Source: Planctomycetota bacterium (GTDB lineage: Bacteria > Planctomycetota > GCA-002687715 > CAIWVZ01). From it: a stretch of DNA of 64,000 nucleotides. The position numbers were made by a program, and so were the translations under genes. The stretch's first letter is position 1. The number at the start of each line of letters is the position of its first letter. The stretch is taken from assembly GCA_044222185.1 (NCBI GenBank), contig JBGANV010000009.1, positions 1 through 64,000 of the forward strand. Direction: 5' to 3'. Positions 38,421 to 48,127 of this stretch are shown here, piece after piece. The notes under the pieces were generated by a model that searched no databases, was not told the DNA's origin, and saw nothing but the letters and a program-made list of their open reading frames with translations.

Positions 38421-40162
38421 TGCGCATCTTCTCCGGAACCGTCGTCTCGGACGGCATCGCCTCGGGGGAGGCGCTCGTCCTGCGTCGCGGCGAGATCCAG
38501 ATCGAAGAGCAGTCGATCAAGCCCGCGCAGCGCGAGCGCGAGATCACCAGGCTCAAGCGCGCCGTCGACGCGACCCGCAAGGAGATCGATCAGCTCGAGC
38601 GCGAGACCCAGGGCAAGCTGGGTGACATCTCCCGACTCCTGAACATCTACCAGACTCTCCTCGACGACCAGACCGTGATGGGGCCGATCTTCGACCTGAT
38701 CCGTCTGAAACTCATGTCGGCGCCGACCGCAGTCCGGCAGGTGCTGCGCAACTTCGCCACCGAGTTCCAGAAGATGGGCGAGCCGTTCTGCAACTACGCG
38801 CCGGAGCTTCTCGAACTGGAGCGCCGGATCATCGCGGCGTTGATGGGCGAGGACTTGATGCGCCTCGACCGGTTGCCACGCCCCGTGGTGATCATCGCGG
38901 ACGAACTCACGCCCATGCAGGCGCTCGCACTCGATCGCGACAAGGTGCTGGGCTTCGCCATGGAAATCGGCAGCCCCGAATCGCACACGGCGATCCTCGC
39001 TCGCCATCTCGGGATTCCTGCCATGACCGGACTCACCGGGATCTGCGACGCAACCACCATGGGCGCCCGCGTGATCATCGACACGATCGGCGCGCGCGTC
39101 GTCCTCGATCCCGACAAGGAGACCGCGCAGGACGTCGCCAAGCTCAAGCGCAAGATCGACCGCGTCAGGCAGGCCTCGGCCGAACAGGGACCGCGCCGCG
39201 CGATCACCCAGGACGACGTCCCGATCGAGTTGCGCTGCAACATCGACACGTGTGAGAACGCCTTCGACCTGGCGGAGAGCGGCGTGCAGGGCGTGGGGCT
39301 TTTCCGTACGGAATACCTCTACCTCGGCAGCGCCGTGCCGCCCGACGAAGCGGCGCAGCTCGAGCAATATCGAGGCCTGCTCAAGTCGTTCGGGTCGCGT
39401 CCCGTCGTCATCCGCACGATGGACTTCGGTGCAGACAAGTTCGACCACCGCGTGAACGCGCCTCGCGAGCCCAACCCGTTCCTGGGGCTCCGCTCGATCC
39501 GCCTGAGCTTCGAACGCGAAGACCTCTTTCGTACGCAGCTCCGCGCCATTCTCCGTGCCTCCGTCCATGGGAACGCGGCGATCATGTTCCCGATGATCAT
39601 GGACGTGGCGGACTTCTGCCGCGCGCGTGGCATCGTCGAGTCGGTGAAGGACGAGCTGCGGGCCAAGCGGACGCCGTTCGTCGAGGGCATTCCCATCGGC
39701 GCGATGATCGAAGTTCCGTCTGCAGCGCTCGTCGCCGACAGCATCCTCGGCGAAGCGGCGTTCCTCAGCATCGGAAGCAACGACCTCACGCAGTACACGC
39801 TCGCCGTCGACCGTACGAACGGTCGAGTGGCCCACCTGTACAAGCCCCACCACCCCGCGGTGTGTCGCCTCATTCGTACGGTCATCGAGGCCGGGCAGAA
39901 GGCCCAGCGGCCGGTCTCGATCTGTGGCGAGATGGCCGGGAACCTGCGTTGCATTCCGCTGCTGCTCGGCCTCGGGCTACGGTCGCTCAGCATGGCGGCG
40001 CCCCGCCTCTTCGACGTCGCCGAGCGCATTCGGCGCGTCTCGATCCCTGCGTGCGAGGAACTTGCCTCCGCCGTGCTGCGCGCCGGAGACGCCGACGAGT
40101 CGTTGAAATTGCTCGAGGAGTTCGAGGCCCGCTCCGCCGATCGGCGTCGCCGCTCACGTTGA
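38420..40162 (+). CDS. ptsI: PEP-protein phosphotransferase, enzyme I
   Basis: SHTAILAR, GVGLFRTE, EPNPFLGLR, SIGSNDLTQY, ICGEMAG. Confidence 0.96.
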   Translation: MRIFSGTVVSDGIASGEALVLRRGEIQIEEQSIKPAQREREITRLKRAVDATRKEIDQLERETQGKLGDISRLLNIYQTLLDDQTVMGPIFDLIRLKLMSAPTAVRQVLRNFATEFQKMGEPFCNYAPELLELERRIIAALMGEDLMRLDRLPRPVVIIADELTPMQALALDRDKVLGFAMEIGSPESHTAILARHLGIPAMTGLTGICDATTMGARVIIDTIGARVVLDPDKETAQDVAKLKRKIDRVRQASAEQGPRRAITQDDVPIELRCNIDTCENAFDLAESGVQGVGLFRTEYLYLGSAVPPDEAAQLEQYRGLLKSFGSRPVVIRTMDFGADKFDHRVNAPREPNPFLGLRSIRLSFEREDLFRTQLRAILRASVHGNAAIMFPMIMDVADFCRARGIVESVKDELRAKRTPFVEGIPIGAMIEVPSAALVADSILGEAAFLSIGSNDLTQYTLAVDRTNGRVAHLYKPHHPAVCRLIRTVIEAGQKAQRPVSICGEMAGNLRCIPLLLGLGLRSLSMAAPRLFDVAERIRRVSIPACEELASAVLRAGDADESLKLLEEFEARSADRRRRSR

Positions 40163-40190
40163 GGCGGCCGGCCGATCGATGGTTGGCGTG

Positions 40191-42257
40191 ATGGAATCTG
40201 CACCCGACGACAGGTCTGCGCCCGCCGGTCCAGGGCTCGGTTCGTGGTTCGGGTGCGCCGTTCGATCGACGAGGGACTTCAGCGTCGTGGCCGTCCTCGT
40301 CGACGCCGCCTCGCTCACTCTTTCGGGAAGCGGCGGCGTGAGCGCAGCCCTTCGCGTGCTCGTCGTGTCTCTCGCGAGCGCCGTCCTGTGCGCCGGTGCC
40401 GCGGCGCTCGCGGCGCTCGGGGTCACGGGTGCAAGCGTCGCTCCGATCCGTTCTGCGCGTCGGCGGGGCCTCGTCGCCGGGATCGTGTTTGGCCTCATGG
40501 TCGGGTGCGTGCTGTGGCTTGCCGGGGGCTCGCTTCTCTCCGGACGCGGGATCTCGGGACAACCCTGGATCGGCACGGCGCGACTCGTGTTCTCCGTTTC
40601 GACGTGGGGCGTCGTACCACTCGCCATGGCAGTCGCCTGGTCGTGGCGGGCGCGGCGCGCGGCAGCCGGGAGCTGGGCCGCGTCCCGCGTGCGACGCTTC
40701 GTCTGGTGGGCAACGGCGGCGATCGGCGCCGTGTTCGTCGGCCTCGATTGGACGGTGTATCCGCTCCTCTATCCCGTCGGTCACATCGCCCTGTGGTTCC
40801 TCGTGGGGCTCTGCGTCTTCGTCCTGAGGTGGTTGCGGCCGCGCGGGGAAGGACCCGCGAGCTTCCGGACTGCTGCGTGCAGCGTCGCGGTGCTCGCTGC
40901 GGCGGCCGCGGTTCTCTGGATCGATCCGCTCTCCGGCGATTCCACGGCGCGCGCGTCGGCGTTCAGGCAGACACGCTTCCTGCGCCGCGCCCTTCCGCAC
41001 CTGCGTGCGATCAGCCCGGATGCGGCGCGTCCCATCGATCCCGCGACGCTCGATCGTCTGCGCGCGGGCGGCCGGCTGGACGGGGAGACGCTCGATCGCG
41101 CGATCCCGGGCCGCCGCAAGCTCAACGTCGTGTTCATCAGCATCGACGCGTTGCGCGCGGATCGTCTCCATCGGAACGGCTACGCGCGTGACCTGACCCC
41201 CAACCTGGACGCGTTGCTTGCAAAGGGGACCTACTTCCGCAGCGCTTGGACGATCTACCCCTACACCATGTTCGCGTTCTCCGGTCTGTTTCGAGGCTGC
41301 TACGCCTCCGGCACGGACGCGTACCCGGAGATCCTCCGACCCGGGACGACCTTCGCGGGAACGCGCAAGCCGACGCTCGGCGGACTCCTCTCCGCTGCGG
41401 GATGGCGAAGCGAGGCCGTCGTCGGATTCCCAACGTTCGTTTGCAGCTACTTCCGGCGCGATCACGAGGGCTTCGGCGCACTGAACAAGAAAGCGGAGCG
41501 AAGCTGGTTCCTGCGGCCACTGGTCGCCGAGGAGGTCACCTCGCTCGCTCTCGACGCGCTCGACCGAGACCCCGACAAACCGTTCTTCCTCTGGGTGCAC
41601 TACTTCGATCCGCACGCGCCCTACGACCCGCCGGGCGATCGGCCTTTCGGCACGGCGAAGCCCGACCTGTACGACAACGAAATCCTCTACATGGATCGGG
41701 AGCTGGGGCGCTTCCTCGACGGGATCCGAGCCCGGGGCCGCATGTCGGACACGGCATTCTTCGTGCTCTCGGACCACGGTGAGGACCTCGTCGAGTTCGA
41801 CCATGGCACCGCTCTGACCGAGGAGCAGATTCACGTACCTGTCGGCATCGTGATTCCCGGCGCCGAGCCGCGAGAGATCGGCTCGCCGGTCGATCTCGCC
41901 AGCCTCATGCCGACGGCGTTGGAGCTGCTCGGGTTGCCGATCCCGGCGACCGTGCACGGGCGGTCGTTGCTCCCGTTCGTCCTCCTCGGCGATGCAAAGG
42001 CGGAGAGCCGCGGGGCTTTTCCGCCGCCGCTGGCGTTCGTCGAACTGGGTTCCGTCGAGGAGAAGCGGGGGCCTCCGCCCCAGCTCGCGGTGCGAGAGAA
42101 CGACTGGAAGCTCGTTCATCACGCGGACGCGGACACGTACAGCGTGTTCGACCTTCGCGCCGATCCGCAGGAGGCGCACGACGTTGCGCCGGCTCGTCCC
42201 GACATGGTGGAGCACCTCCGGGGCATCCTCGATGCCTTCCGGGCGATGACGCGCTGA
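40191..42257 (+). CDS. membrane-anchored sulfatase-like (alkaline phosphatase superfamily) hydrolase/transferase
   Basis: About 7 N-terminal TM helices, NVVFISIDALRAD, HYFDPH.PY, SDHGE..HG. Thr at the nucleophile position (YPYTMF) and no C/SxPxR motif. Confidence 0.85.
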   Translation: MESAPDDRSAPAGPGLGSWFGCAVRSTRDFSVVAVLVDAASLTLSGSGGVSAALRVLVVSLASAVLCAGAAALAALGVTGASVAPIRSARRRGLVAGIVFGLMVGCVLWLAGGSLLSGRGISGQPWIGTARLVFSVSTWGVVPLAMAVAWSWRARRAAAGSWAASRVRRFVWWATAAIGAVFVGLDWTVYPLLYPVGHIALWFLVGLCVFVLRWLRPRGEGPASFRTAACSVAVLAAAAAVLWIDPLSGDSTARASAFRQTRFLRRALPHLRAISPDAARPIDPATLDRLRAGGRLDGETLDRAIPGRRKLNVVFISIDALRADRLHRNGYARDLTPNLDALLAKGTYFRSAWTIYPYTMFAFSGLFRGCYASGTDAYPEILRPGTTFAGTRKPTLGGLLSAAGWRSEAVVGFPTFVCSYFRRDHEGFGALNKKAERSWFLRPLVAEEVTSLALDALDRDPDKPFFLWVHYFDPHAPYDPPGDRPFGTAKPDLYDNEILYMDRELGRFLDGIRARGRMSDTAFFVLSDHGEDLVEFDHGTALTEEQIHVPVGIVIPGAEPREIGSPVDLASLMPTALELLGLPIPATVHGRSLLPFVLLGDAKAESRGAFPPPLAFVELGSVEEKRGPPPQLAVRENDWKLVHHADADTYSVFDLRADPQEAHDVAPARPDMVEHLRGILDAFRAMTR

Positions 42258-42409
42258 GCGACGCCCGCGGTCCGCGGCTGCAGGGATCGGGTCGCCGGGC
42301 TCTCCTCACTTCAGTAAGCGCCATCCTTGGACCGAAAAACTCCTTGGTCCGTGCACACGCCCCGCGTCTGCCGGACGCGCGTTCCCGCGCCACGGAGGGT
42401 CGGCAGATC

Positions 42410-43441
42410 ATGTTCGCAAAAGCGAGGAGTTTCGTCGGACTCGACATCGGTTCGAGCGCCGTCAAAGCGGTCGAGCTCACGGACCGCAACGGCGCGCTCG
42501 AGGTCACGGGCTTCGGGCAGATCGAGGTCGGAGCGGAGGATCCCGCGGCTCGCTCGCGCGCGATCGCCGAGCTGATGCGCGAGGGCGGCTTCAAGAGCCG
42601 CCGCGTGATCACTGGCCTCTCCGGGAAGATGGTGATCGTTCGCTACCTCACGATGGTGAACATGAACGACGACGAGCTGAAGAACGCGATCGCGTTCGAG
42701 GCCGGCAAGTACGTTCCGTTCCCCCTCGAAGACTGCGTGATGGACTGCCAGCGGATCGAAAGCCCGGTCGATCGCGCCGGCCACGGCAACATGAACGTGT
42801 TGTTCGTCGCGGCCAAACGGTCACAGGTCGTCGAGCATCTCGAGATCATCAAGGCTGCAGGCTTCACGCCGGAGGTGGTCGACCTCGACGTGTTCGCTCT
42901 CAGCAATGCGTGGGCGCTCTCAGCGCCGGCGACCCCCGAAGGCGAGAAGCCCAAGACCGTCGCATTCGTCGACATCGGCGCGCAGAAGACGTGCTTGAAC
43001 ATCGCGATCGGCACCACGTCGCTGTTCACGCGCGAGATCTACTACGGTGGCCAGGACTTCACCCAGGCCGTCGGCCGCCGGATGAACGTCGAAGCGCGCG
43101 ACGCCGAAACGATCAAGCGAGAACCAGGCGAGAACGACGGACTCGTTCGCGAGGCCGTGCTCCCGACGATCGACGACCTCGGCAACGAGATCCAGCTCTC
43201 GTTCGATTACTTCGAGAACCAGTTCGAGCACGAGATCGACGAGATCCTGCTCTCTGGCGGAGGAAGCCGGCTCGAGATCGTCGTGGAGTCGTTCGAGAAG
43301 ATCTTCGAGAAGCCCACGACCGTGTTCAATCCCTTCGAGGCCCTCGCGATCAACTCGGCGATCGACGCCGATCTGCTCGCCTGCAACGCGGGGCGCCTGG
43401 CGGTGGCAGCGGGCTTCGCGGCCCGAGTCCGGAAGAACTGA
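42410..43441 (+). CDS. pilM: type IV pilus assembly protein PilM
   Basis: VGLDIGSS.VK.VE, YVPFPL, VDIGA, GG.DFT, LSGGGS. Confidence 0.93.
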   Translation: MFAKARSFVGLDIGSSAVKAVELTDRNGALEVTGFGQIEVGAEDPAARSRAIAELMREGGFKSRRVITGLSGKMVIVRYLTMVNMNDDELKNAIAFEAGKYVPFPLEDCVMDCQRIESPVDRAGHGNMNVLFVAAKRSQVVEHLEIIKAAGFTPEVVDLDVFALSNAWALSAPATPEGEKPKTVAFVDIGAQKTCLNIAIGTTSLFTREIYYGGQDFTQAVGRRMNVEARDAETIKREPGENDGLVREAVLPTIDDLGNEIQLSFDYFENQFEHEIDEILLSGGGSRLEIVVESFEKIFEKPTTVFNPFEALAINSAIDADLLACNAGRLAVAAGFAARVRKN

Positions 43442-43444
43442 GCC

Positions 43445-44152
43445 ATGATGATTCGAATCAACCTGCTCCCGCAGGACTTCCGTCGCAAGGAATCGACCCC
43501 GTTCGCCGTCCTGGGACCGATGCTCGCGTGCATCGTCGTCACGCTCGGCGCGGGCTTCGCCTGGGCGTGGCTGCACTTTGCCGAGCTGAACACGCAGCTC
43601 GATCGGCTGTCGGAGCTGACCCAGGTGCTTCAATCCAAGGCTCGAGGCGTGGCGTACGTCGGCGCGCTGAAAGGCGAGCAGGACGACTTCGCCCTCCGCA
43701 AGCAGACGATCCAGGAGATCGCGGGCTCGCGCATGCTCTGGACGAAGAAGCTCGATCAGTTCTTCAACGTCGCCACGAGCGACGAGGACGGTCAGCAGTA
43801 CCTCATCTGGTTGAACACCTTGGAAGTGAAGCCTCCGCCGGGCACCGGCGGCTCCAACAAGAACCCGGTGGGCGAGACCGTTTCGATGAAGGGGTATTGC
43901 CTCGCGGAGCAGAACCCGCTGCAGCACTACAACACCTTCCACGCGGCCATTCGGAATTCCGAGTTCTTCACCGATTTCGTCAGCCTCGACGATCCGTCGG
44001 GCAAGTCCGTGGAATTCGACGACGGGATGCAGCCATCGTCCGCATGGGACATCGATCTGTCGATGATCATGAAGCCGCGTGAGCTGCCGAAGGGGAAGAA
44101 GGCGGCGCAACCACCCACCAACCGCATCGCGGAAGCGGGCAGCAAGAAGTGA
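43445..44152 (+). CDS. pilN: PilN-like protein
   Basis: IRINLLP motif, TM helix, coiled coil, IWL..L. Confidence 0.85.
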   Translation: MMIRINLLPQDFRRKESTPFAVLGPMLACIVVTLGAGFAWAWLHFAELNTQLDRLSELTQVLQSKARGVAYVGALKGEQDDFALRKQTIQEIAGSRMLWTKKLDQFFNVATSDEDGQQYLIWLNTLEVKPPPGTGGSNKNPVGETVSMKGYCLAEQNPLQHYNTFHAAIRNSEFFTDFVSLDDPSGKSVEFDDGMQPSSAWDIDLSMIMKPRELPKGKKAAQPPTNRIAEAGSKK

Positions 44153-44171
44153 TCTGCAAGGAGCCGTGACT

Positions 44172-45734
44172 GTGGCGGACATCAGACAACACAAGAAGAC
44201 GCTCTGGATCACGATCGGCGTCTGCGTAGTGGGGATCGGTGGCTTCGGCTGGTTCGGGTACCAGGACTGGCTGGCCCGCGACGAAGCGATCACGAAGATC
44301 GCTTCGACTCAGACGGAGATCGAGCGCTCCGAACAGCAGATCCGAAGCATCCCCGAACTCGAAGAGCGCGTGATCGCGCTCCGCGAGAGCGTCAAGGAGT
44401 GCGCGCGGATCCTGCCGGACGACAAGGAGATCAACTCCTTCGTCCAGCAGCTGACGGAGTTCGCGTCGAAGGCCGGCGTGCGGATCATCAAGCTCGACGA
44501 CGAAGACGCGCGCGTCCGTTCGAGTCGCAACAAGAAGGGCGCGACGGCCACGTTCGATCGCGTCGTCTACAAGATCAGCCTCGAGGGTCAGGTCGAGCAG
44601 GTCCTGCGGTTCATGGATCTGTTCGAGGGGCACGAGCGATTCGTGCGCATTTCGACCTTCAAGATCGTTCACCACGCTCAAGCGCAGCCCGGCGTCGATG
44701 CGCTGACGATTCCGCACCAGGTCGACATCGAGTTGGAGACCTACGTCTACAACCCGAAGACGAAGAACTACACCCAGGTCGAGATCCCGCAGGAGGCCAT
44801 GAAGGTCGAGAAGCTGCGACAGTCTGGCAAGGTCCCGGCGGATCCCATGGCCGAGGTTCACCTCGCCGTCTACCACCGCGATGCTCCACGCGATCGCCGC
44901 GACATCTTCCTCGACCCGCGTCTCGTCGGTGACAAGAAGGCCCGCGAGGCCGAGGCTGCGCGCAAGAAGGGCGAGGAAGTCATCAGCCAGTTCGCGGAGA
45001 AGCTGAAGGAAGTGATCGGGAGCATCACGGCCGAGGCGAAGATCGAGAATACGGTCCGGCGCCTCCAGCAACGCGAGAAGACCGATCAGCTCGTGAAGGA
45101 CCTGGGCGCGTCCATCGCCAAGCACAAGGCGGAGACGCCGTTCACGGACGACAAGTTGAAGGAGCGATTCTCGAGGGACGTCGAGCGTCCCTTCGACGAG
45201 ATCGTGCGGGCGCGTGCCAGCGGAGACGACAACACCGCGCAGGCCTTCGCAGTCGAGCACTTGCAGGATCTCATCGGGCGCATGAAGACGGCCGGCGACG
45301 AAGGTCGCTGGGAAGACGTCGTGAGCGTCGGCGACGAGGTCGGCCAGCTGAAGCGCACGGCACCCGATGCCAAGCCGATCCAGGACCTGTTCAAGCAGGC
45401 CGAGAACTTCGAGCGGGTCGCGAAGATCCACATCGAGTTCAAGTCGCGGTCGTACACGTTCGGCGGAGCCGTCTGCTACCAGAGCGATCCGACGCACGCC
45501 GTCGTCATCATCAACGGGCGTCCCTATTCCCCCGGCGAGACCGTCGACGGGGAAGTGCGCGTGAAGACGATCACCCCTGCAGAAGTGACGTTCGAGTTCC
45601 GTGGTGTGACGCTGACGGAGGCGATCAAGTCGTCGGTCGGTGGAACACCTAACTCGGGAAATACCAACGGCGCGAGAAAGAAAACATCGCGGCCCGGCGT
45701 GTTGCCGGCCGATCAGAAGAGAAGGGGCGGCTGA
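44172..45734 (+). CDS. pilO: PilO domain fused to a helical spacer and a PilP/GspB-like C-terminal domain
   Basis: TM, ILP..KEI, F....E...RFV.I; RRDIF.DPR; C-terminal IING..Y..GE.V....V..I....V.F.F; AAGGAG RBS. Confidence 0.7.
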   Translation: MADIRQHKKTLWITIGVCVVGIGGFGWFGYQDWLARDEAITKIASTQTEIERSEQQIRSIPELEERVIALRESVKECARILPDDKEINSFVQQLTEFASKAGVRIIKLDDEDARVRSSRNKKGATATFDRVVYKISLEGQVEQVLRFMDLFEGHERFVRISTFKIVHHAQAQPGVDALTIPHQVDIELETYVYNPKTKNYTQVEIPQEAMKVEKLRQSGKVPADPMAEVHLAVYHRDAPRDRRDIFLDPRLVGDKKAREAEAARKKGEEVISQFAEKLKEVIGSITAEAKIENTVRRLQQREKTDQLVKDLGASIAKHKAETPFTDDKLKERFSRDVERPFDEIVRARASGDDNTAQAFAVEHLQDLIGRMKTAGDEGRWEDVVSVGDEVGQLKRTAPDAKPIQDLFKQAENFERVAKIHIEFKSRSYTFGGAVCYQSDPTHAVVIINGRPYSPGETVDGEVRVKTITPAEVTFEFRGVTLTEAIKSSVGGTPNSGNTNGARKKTSRPGVLPADQKRRGG

Positions 45735-45838
45735 GCACCGCCAAAGGAACGTCGTGCAGCGCCGGCCAAGGCCGGCAACGGCGCGGTGGGTCCCGTGAAG
45801 AGGGATGACTCATCGCACCGTCTCCGAGGAGGCTACTC

Positions 45839-47962
45839 ATGGTGATTCGGGAAGAGGGAATCCGGGGAAATCGCGGCTGCGCCGTCGCAGCGATCGCGTT
45901 GGCGTTCGTTCTGGGACTGCCGGCCATCGGCCAGCATCCGGTCTCCAGTCGTCGTGACTCGCCGGACAAGAACGACACGCGCGTGTCGCTCCACGTCAAG
46001 GAGCAACCCATCGCCGACGTGATCGCGACCATTCGTGACCGGGCCGGCGTGAACATCGTCCTGGCCGACGGGATCGACGAGAAGGTCACGATCGACCTCG
46101 AGCTCGTCCCGTGGCGTCTTGCACTGGAGACCGTCGCCGAGAAGGCGGGGTGCGTGCTCGTCGAGAAGGCGGCGAACCTCATCCGCATCGAGCAGCCGCC
46201 GCGCGTGACGTTCGAATTCGCCGGCGCCGACATCCGCGTCGTCGTCGACGCCATCGCGAAGGTCGCCGGTGCGTCCGTCGTGCTGGCTCCGAACGTCGAG
46301 GGCGCGGTCTACCTCCGCATCAGCGACGTCCCGTGGCGCACGGCACTCGACACGGTCGCGAAGTCACTGGGCTTCGTCGTCGTCGAAGAGCCGTGGAACA
46401 TCCTGCGCGTCGTCAGCCCGGCGTCCCTCGAGACGCAGATGGAGACGCGCATCTTCCCCATGAAGTACCTGCGCCCGCCGGCGCCCTACGTCCCGAAGAT
46501 CAAGACGGAGTACGCCGAAGGTTCGGTGAAGGCCCCGTCGCAGGATCCCGAGAAGGACTTCACGCTGATCAAGTCGATGCGCAACGCCCTGTCCAACGGC
46601 GGCAAGCTCGACTACATCAGCCGATACAACATGATCGTTGTGAAGGACATCCCGCCCGTCATCGCGCAGATCGAGAAGATCCTGCAGGAAGTTGACGTCG
46701 AGCCGTCGCAGATCTTCGTCGACGTCAAGTTCGTCACGACGACCAACACGGACGCCCTGACGTACGGCTTCGACATCAGCGACCAGGGAATTCGTGCGGG
46801 CATCTCCGGCGGCGCCATCCCGACGCGGCTCCCGTTCAACTTGGGCGGCGGCGGCTGGAACAACGCGCTGATCGCAAACGAAGGCGGGCACACGCCGGGC
46901 TTGAGCGAGGCCGACACGCTCAGCGCCATGACGTTCGGCACGCTCGACTTCACGAAGACGACGTTCACGTTGGACCTCCTCAAGAAGGACGAGCGATCGC
47001 GGATCGTCCAGGCGCCCAAGCTCATGGCGCTCGACAACCAGGAAGCGACGATCTTCGTGGGTCGCACGATCCGCTACGCCCAGACGGAAGCGTCGGCGGC
47101 TCAGAACGGTGGCTTGACCTACTCGATCAAGGAGGCTGACAACTCCCCGGTCCAGACGGGCTTCCAGCTCTACATGATCCCGCACGTCATCCCCGGATCG
47201 AACAAGATCATGATGACGCTGATCCCCGAGGCCGAGCAGCTCGTCGGCAACAGCGACGATCCGCGCCTCGCCGGGTTCCAGATCTTCAAGTCGGGCGAAG
47301 GCACGCCGAACGAGGTGTCGATCGCGTTGCCGCAGGTGGCGTCGAGCACGCTCGTCACGACGCTCTTGATCGAGTCGGGTCACACGGCCGTCATCGGCGG
47401 CCTCATCACCGAGACCGAGACGGAGCGCGTGAACAAGGTTCCGATCCTCGGCGACATCCCGTTCCTCGACTTCTTCTTCAAGAGCACGAAGAAGGCGCGA
47501 GTGCAGGAGAGCTTGATCATCTTCATCACGCCGCGAATCGTGCGCGATTCGGGCGAGGTCGATCAGCTCGTCGATGCGGAGACGCTGCGCCGTCAGAAGG
47601 CCGTCGAGGAAGAGATCGAGAAGATCTACTTCGGCGTGAAGCTGACCCCGCCCTCGTGGAAGCTCGAGAAGGAAGGCGGAAAGGCTGACGCCCCAGGCGC
47701 CGAGACCGGCCCGGCCAAGCACGCGCCAGGCACGTTCGAGAACGTCACGGAGCAGGGGGCGGCCGGTGGAACCGCGCCGCAAACGGGGAACGGCGCGCCA
47801 GCTGGCGAGACCGGGAACGCGAACGGGGGCACGACGCCACCGAACGCCGAGAACAACCCGGTGGCGCCTGGCAATCCGAACGGCCAGGAGGGGACGACGC
47901 CGCCAGTCGAGACTCCCGCCAAGCCGAACGAAGGCGAGACGCCGCCGAACGGCGGCGGTTGA
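45839..47962 (+). CDS. pilQ: secretin (PilQ/GspD family)
   Basis: Signal peptide, two STN/N0 domains (VPWR.AL), N3, QAPKL..LDNQEA.I.VG, VIGGL, KVPILGDIP.L..FFK, LIIFITPRIV. Confidence 0.92.
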   Translation: MVIREEGIRGNRGCAVAAIALAFVLGLPAIGQHPVSSRRDSPDKNDTRVSLHVKEQPIADVIATIRDRAGVNIVLADGIDEKVTIDLELVPWRLALETVAEKAGCVLVEKAANLIRIEQPPRVTFEFAGADIRVVVDAIAKVAGASVVLAPNVEGAVYLRISDVPWRTALDTVAKSLGFVVVEEPWNILRVVSPASLETQMETRIFPMKYLRPPAPYVPKIKTEYAEGSVKAPSQDPEKDFTLIKSMRNALSNGGKLDYISRYNMIVVKDIPPVIAQIEKILQEVDVEPSQIFVDVKFVTTTNTDALTYGFDISDQGIRAGISGGAIPTRLPFNLGGGGWNNALIANEGGHTPGLSEADTLSAMTFGTLDFTKTTFTLDLLKKDERSRIVQAPKLMALDNQEATIFVGRTIRYAQTEASAAQNGGLTYSIKEADNSPVQTGFQLYMIPHVIPGSNKIMMTLIPEAEQLVGNSDDPRLAGFQIFKSGEGTPNEVSIALPQVASSTLVTTLLIESGHTAVIGGLITETETERVNKVPILGDIPFLDFFFKSTKKARVQESLIIFITPRIVRDSGEVDQLVDAETLRRQKAVEEEIEKIYFGVKLTPPSWKLEKEGGKADAPGAETGPAKHAPGTFENVTEQGAAGGTAPQTGNGAPAGETGNANGGTTPPNAENNPVAPGNPNGQEGTTPPVETPAKPNEGETPPNGGG

Positions 47963-47974
47963 TCCGCGATTGGA

Positions 47975-48051
47975 TGCAGGGCGGCATCCGTCGCCCTGTG
48001 GCCTCAGGTTCTCGTCTGAGCGAATCGGCGCCGCGCATCCGTGCGGCGCCG
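47975..48051. terminator. three tandem GC-rich hairpins after the secretin gene
   Basis: CAGGGCGGC-ATCC-GTCGCCCTG, CTCAG..CTGAG and CGGCGCCGCGC-ATCC-GTGCGGCGCCG; no U-tract. Confidence 0.4.
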
Positions 48052-48127
48052 TGTTCGTTCCATGCCATGCCGAACGGGTCGCCCGCTCAGCCAACGGCAG
48101 CCCGCTTCGTGTATAAGCGTCGGTCCG

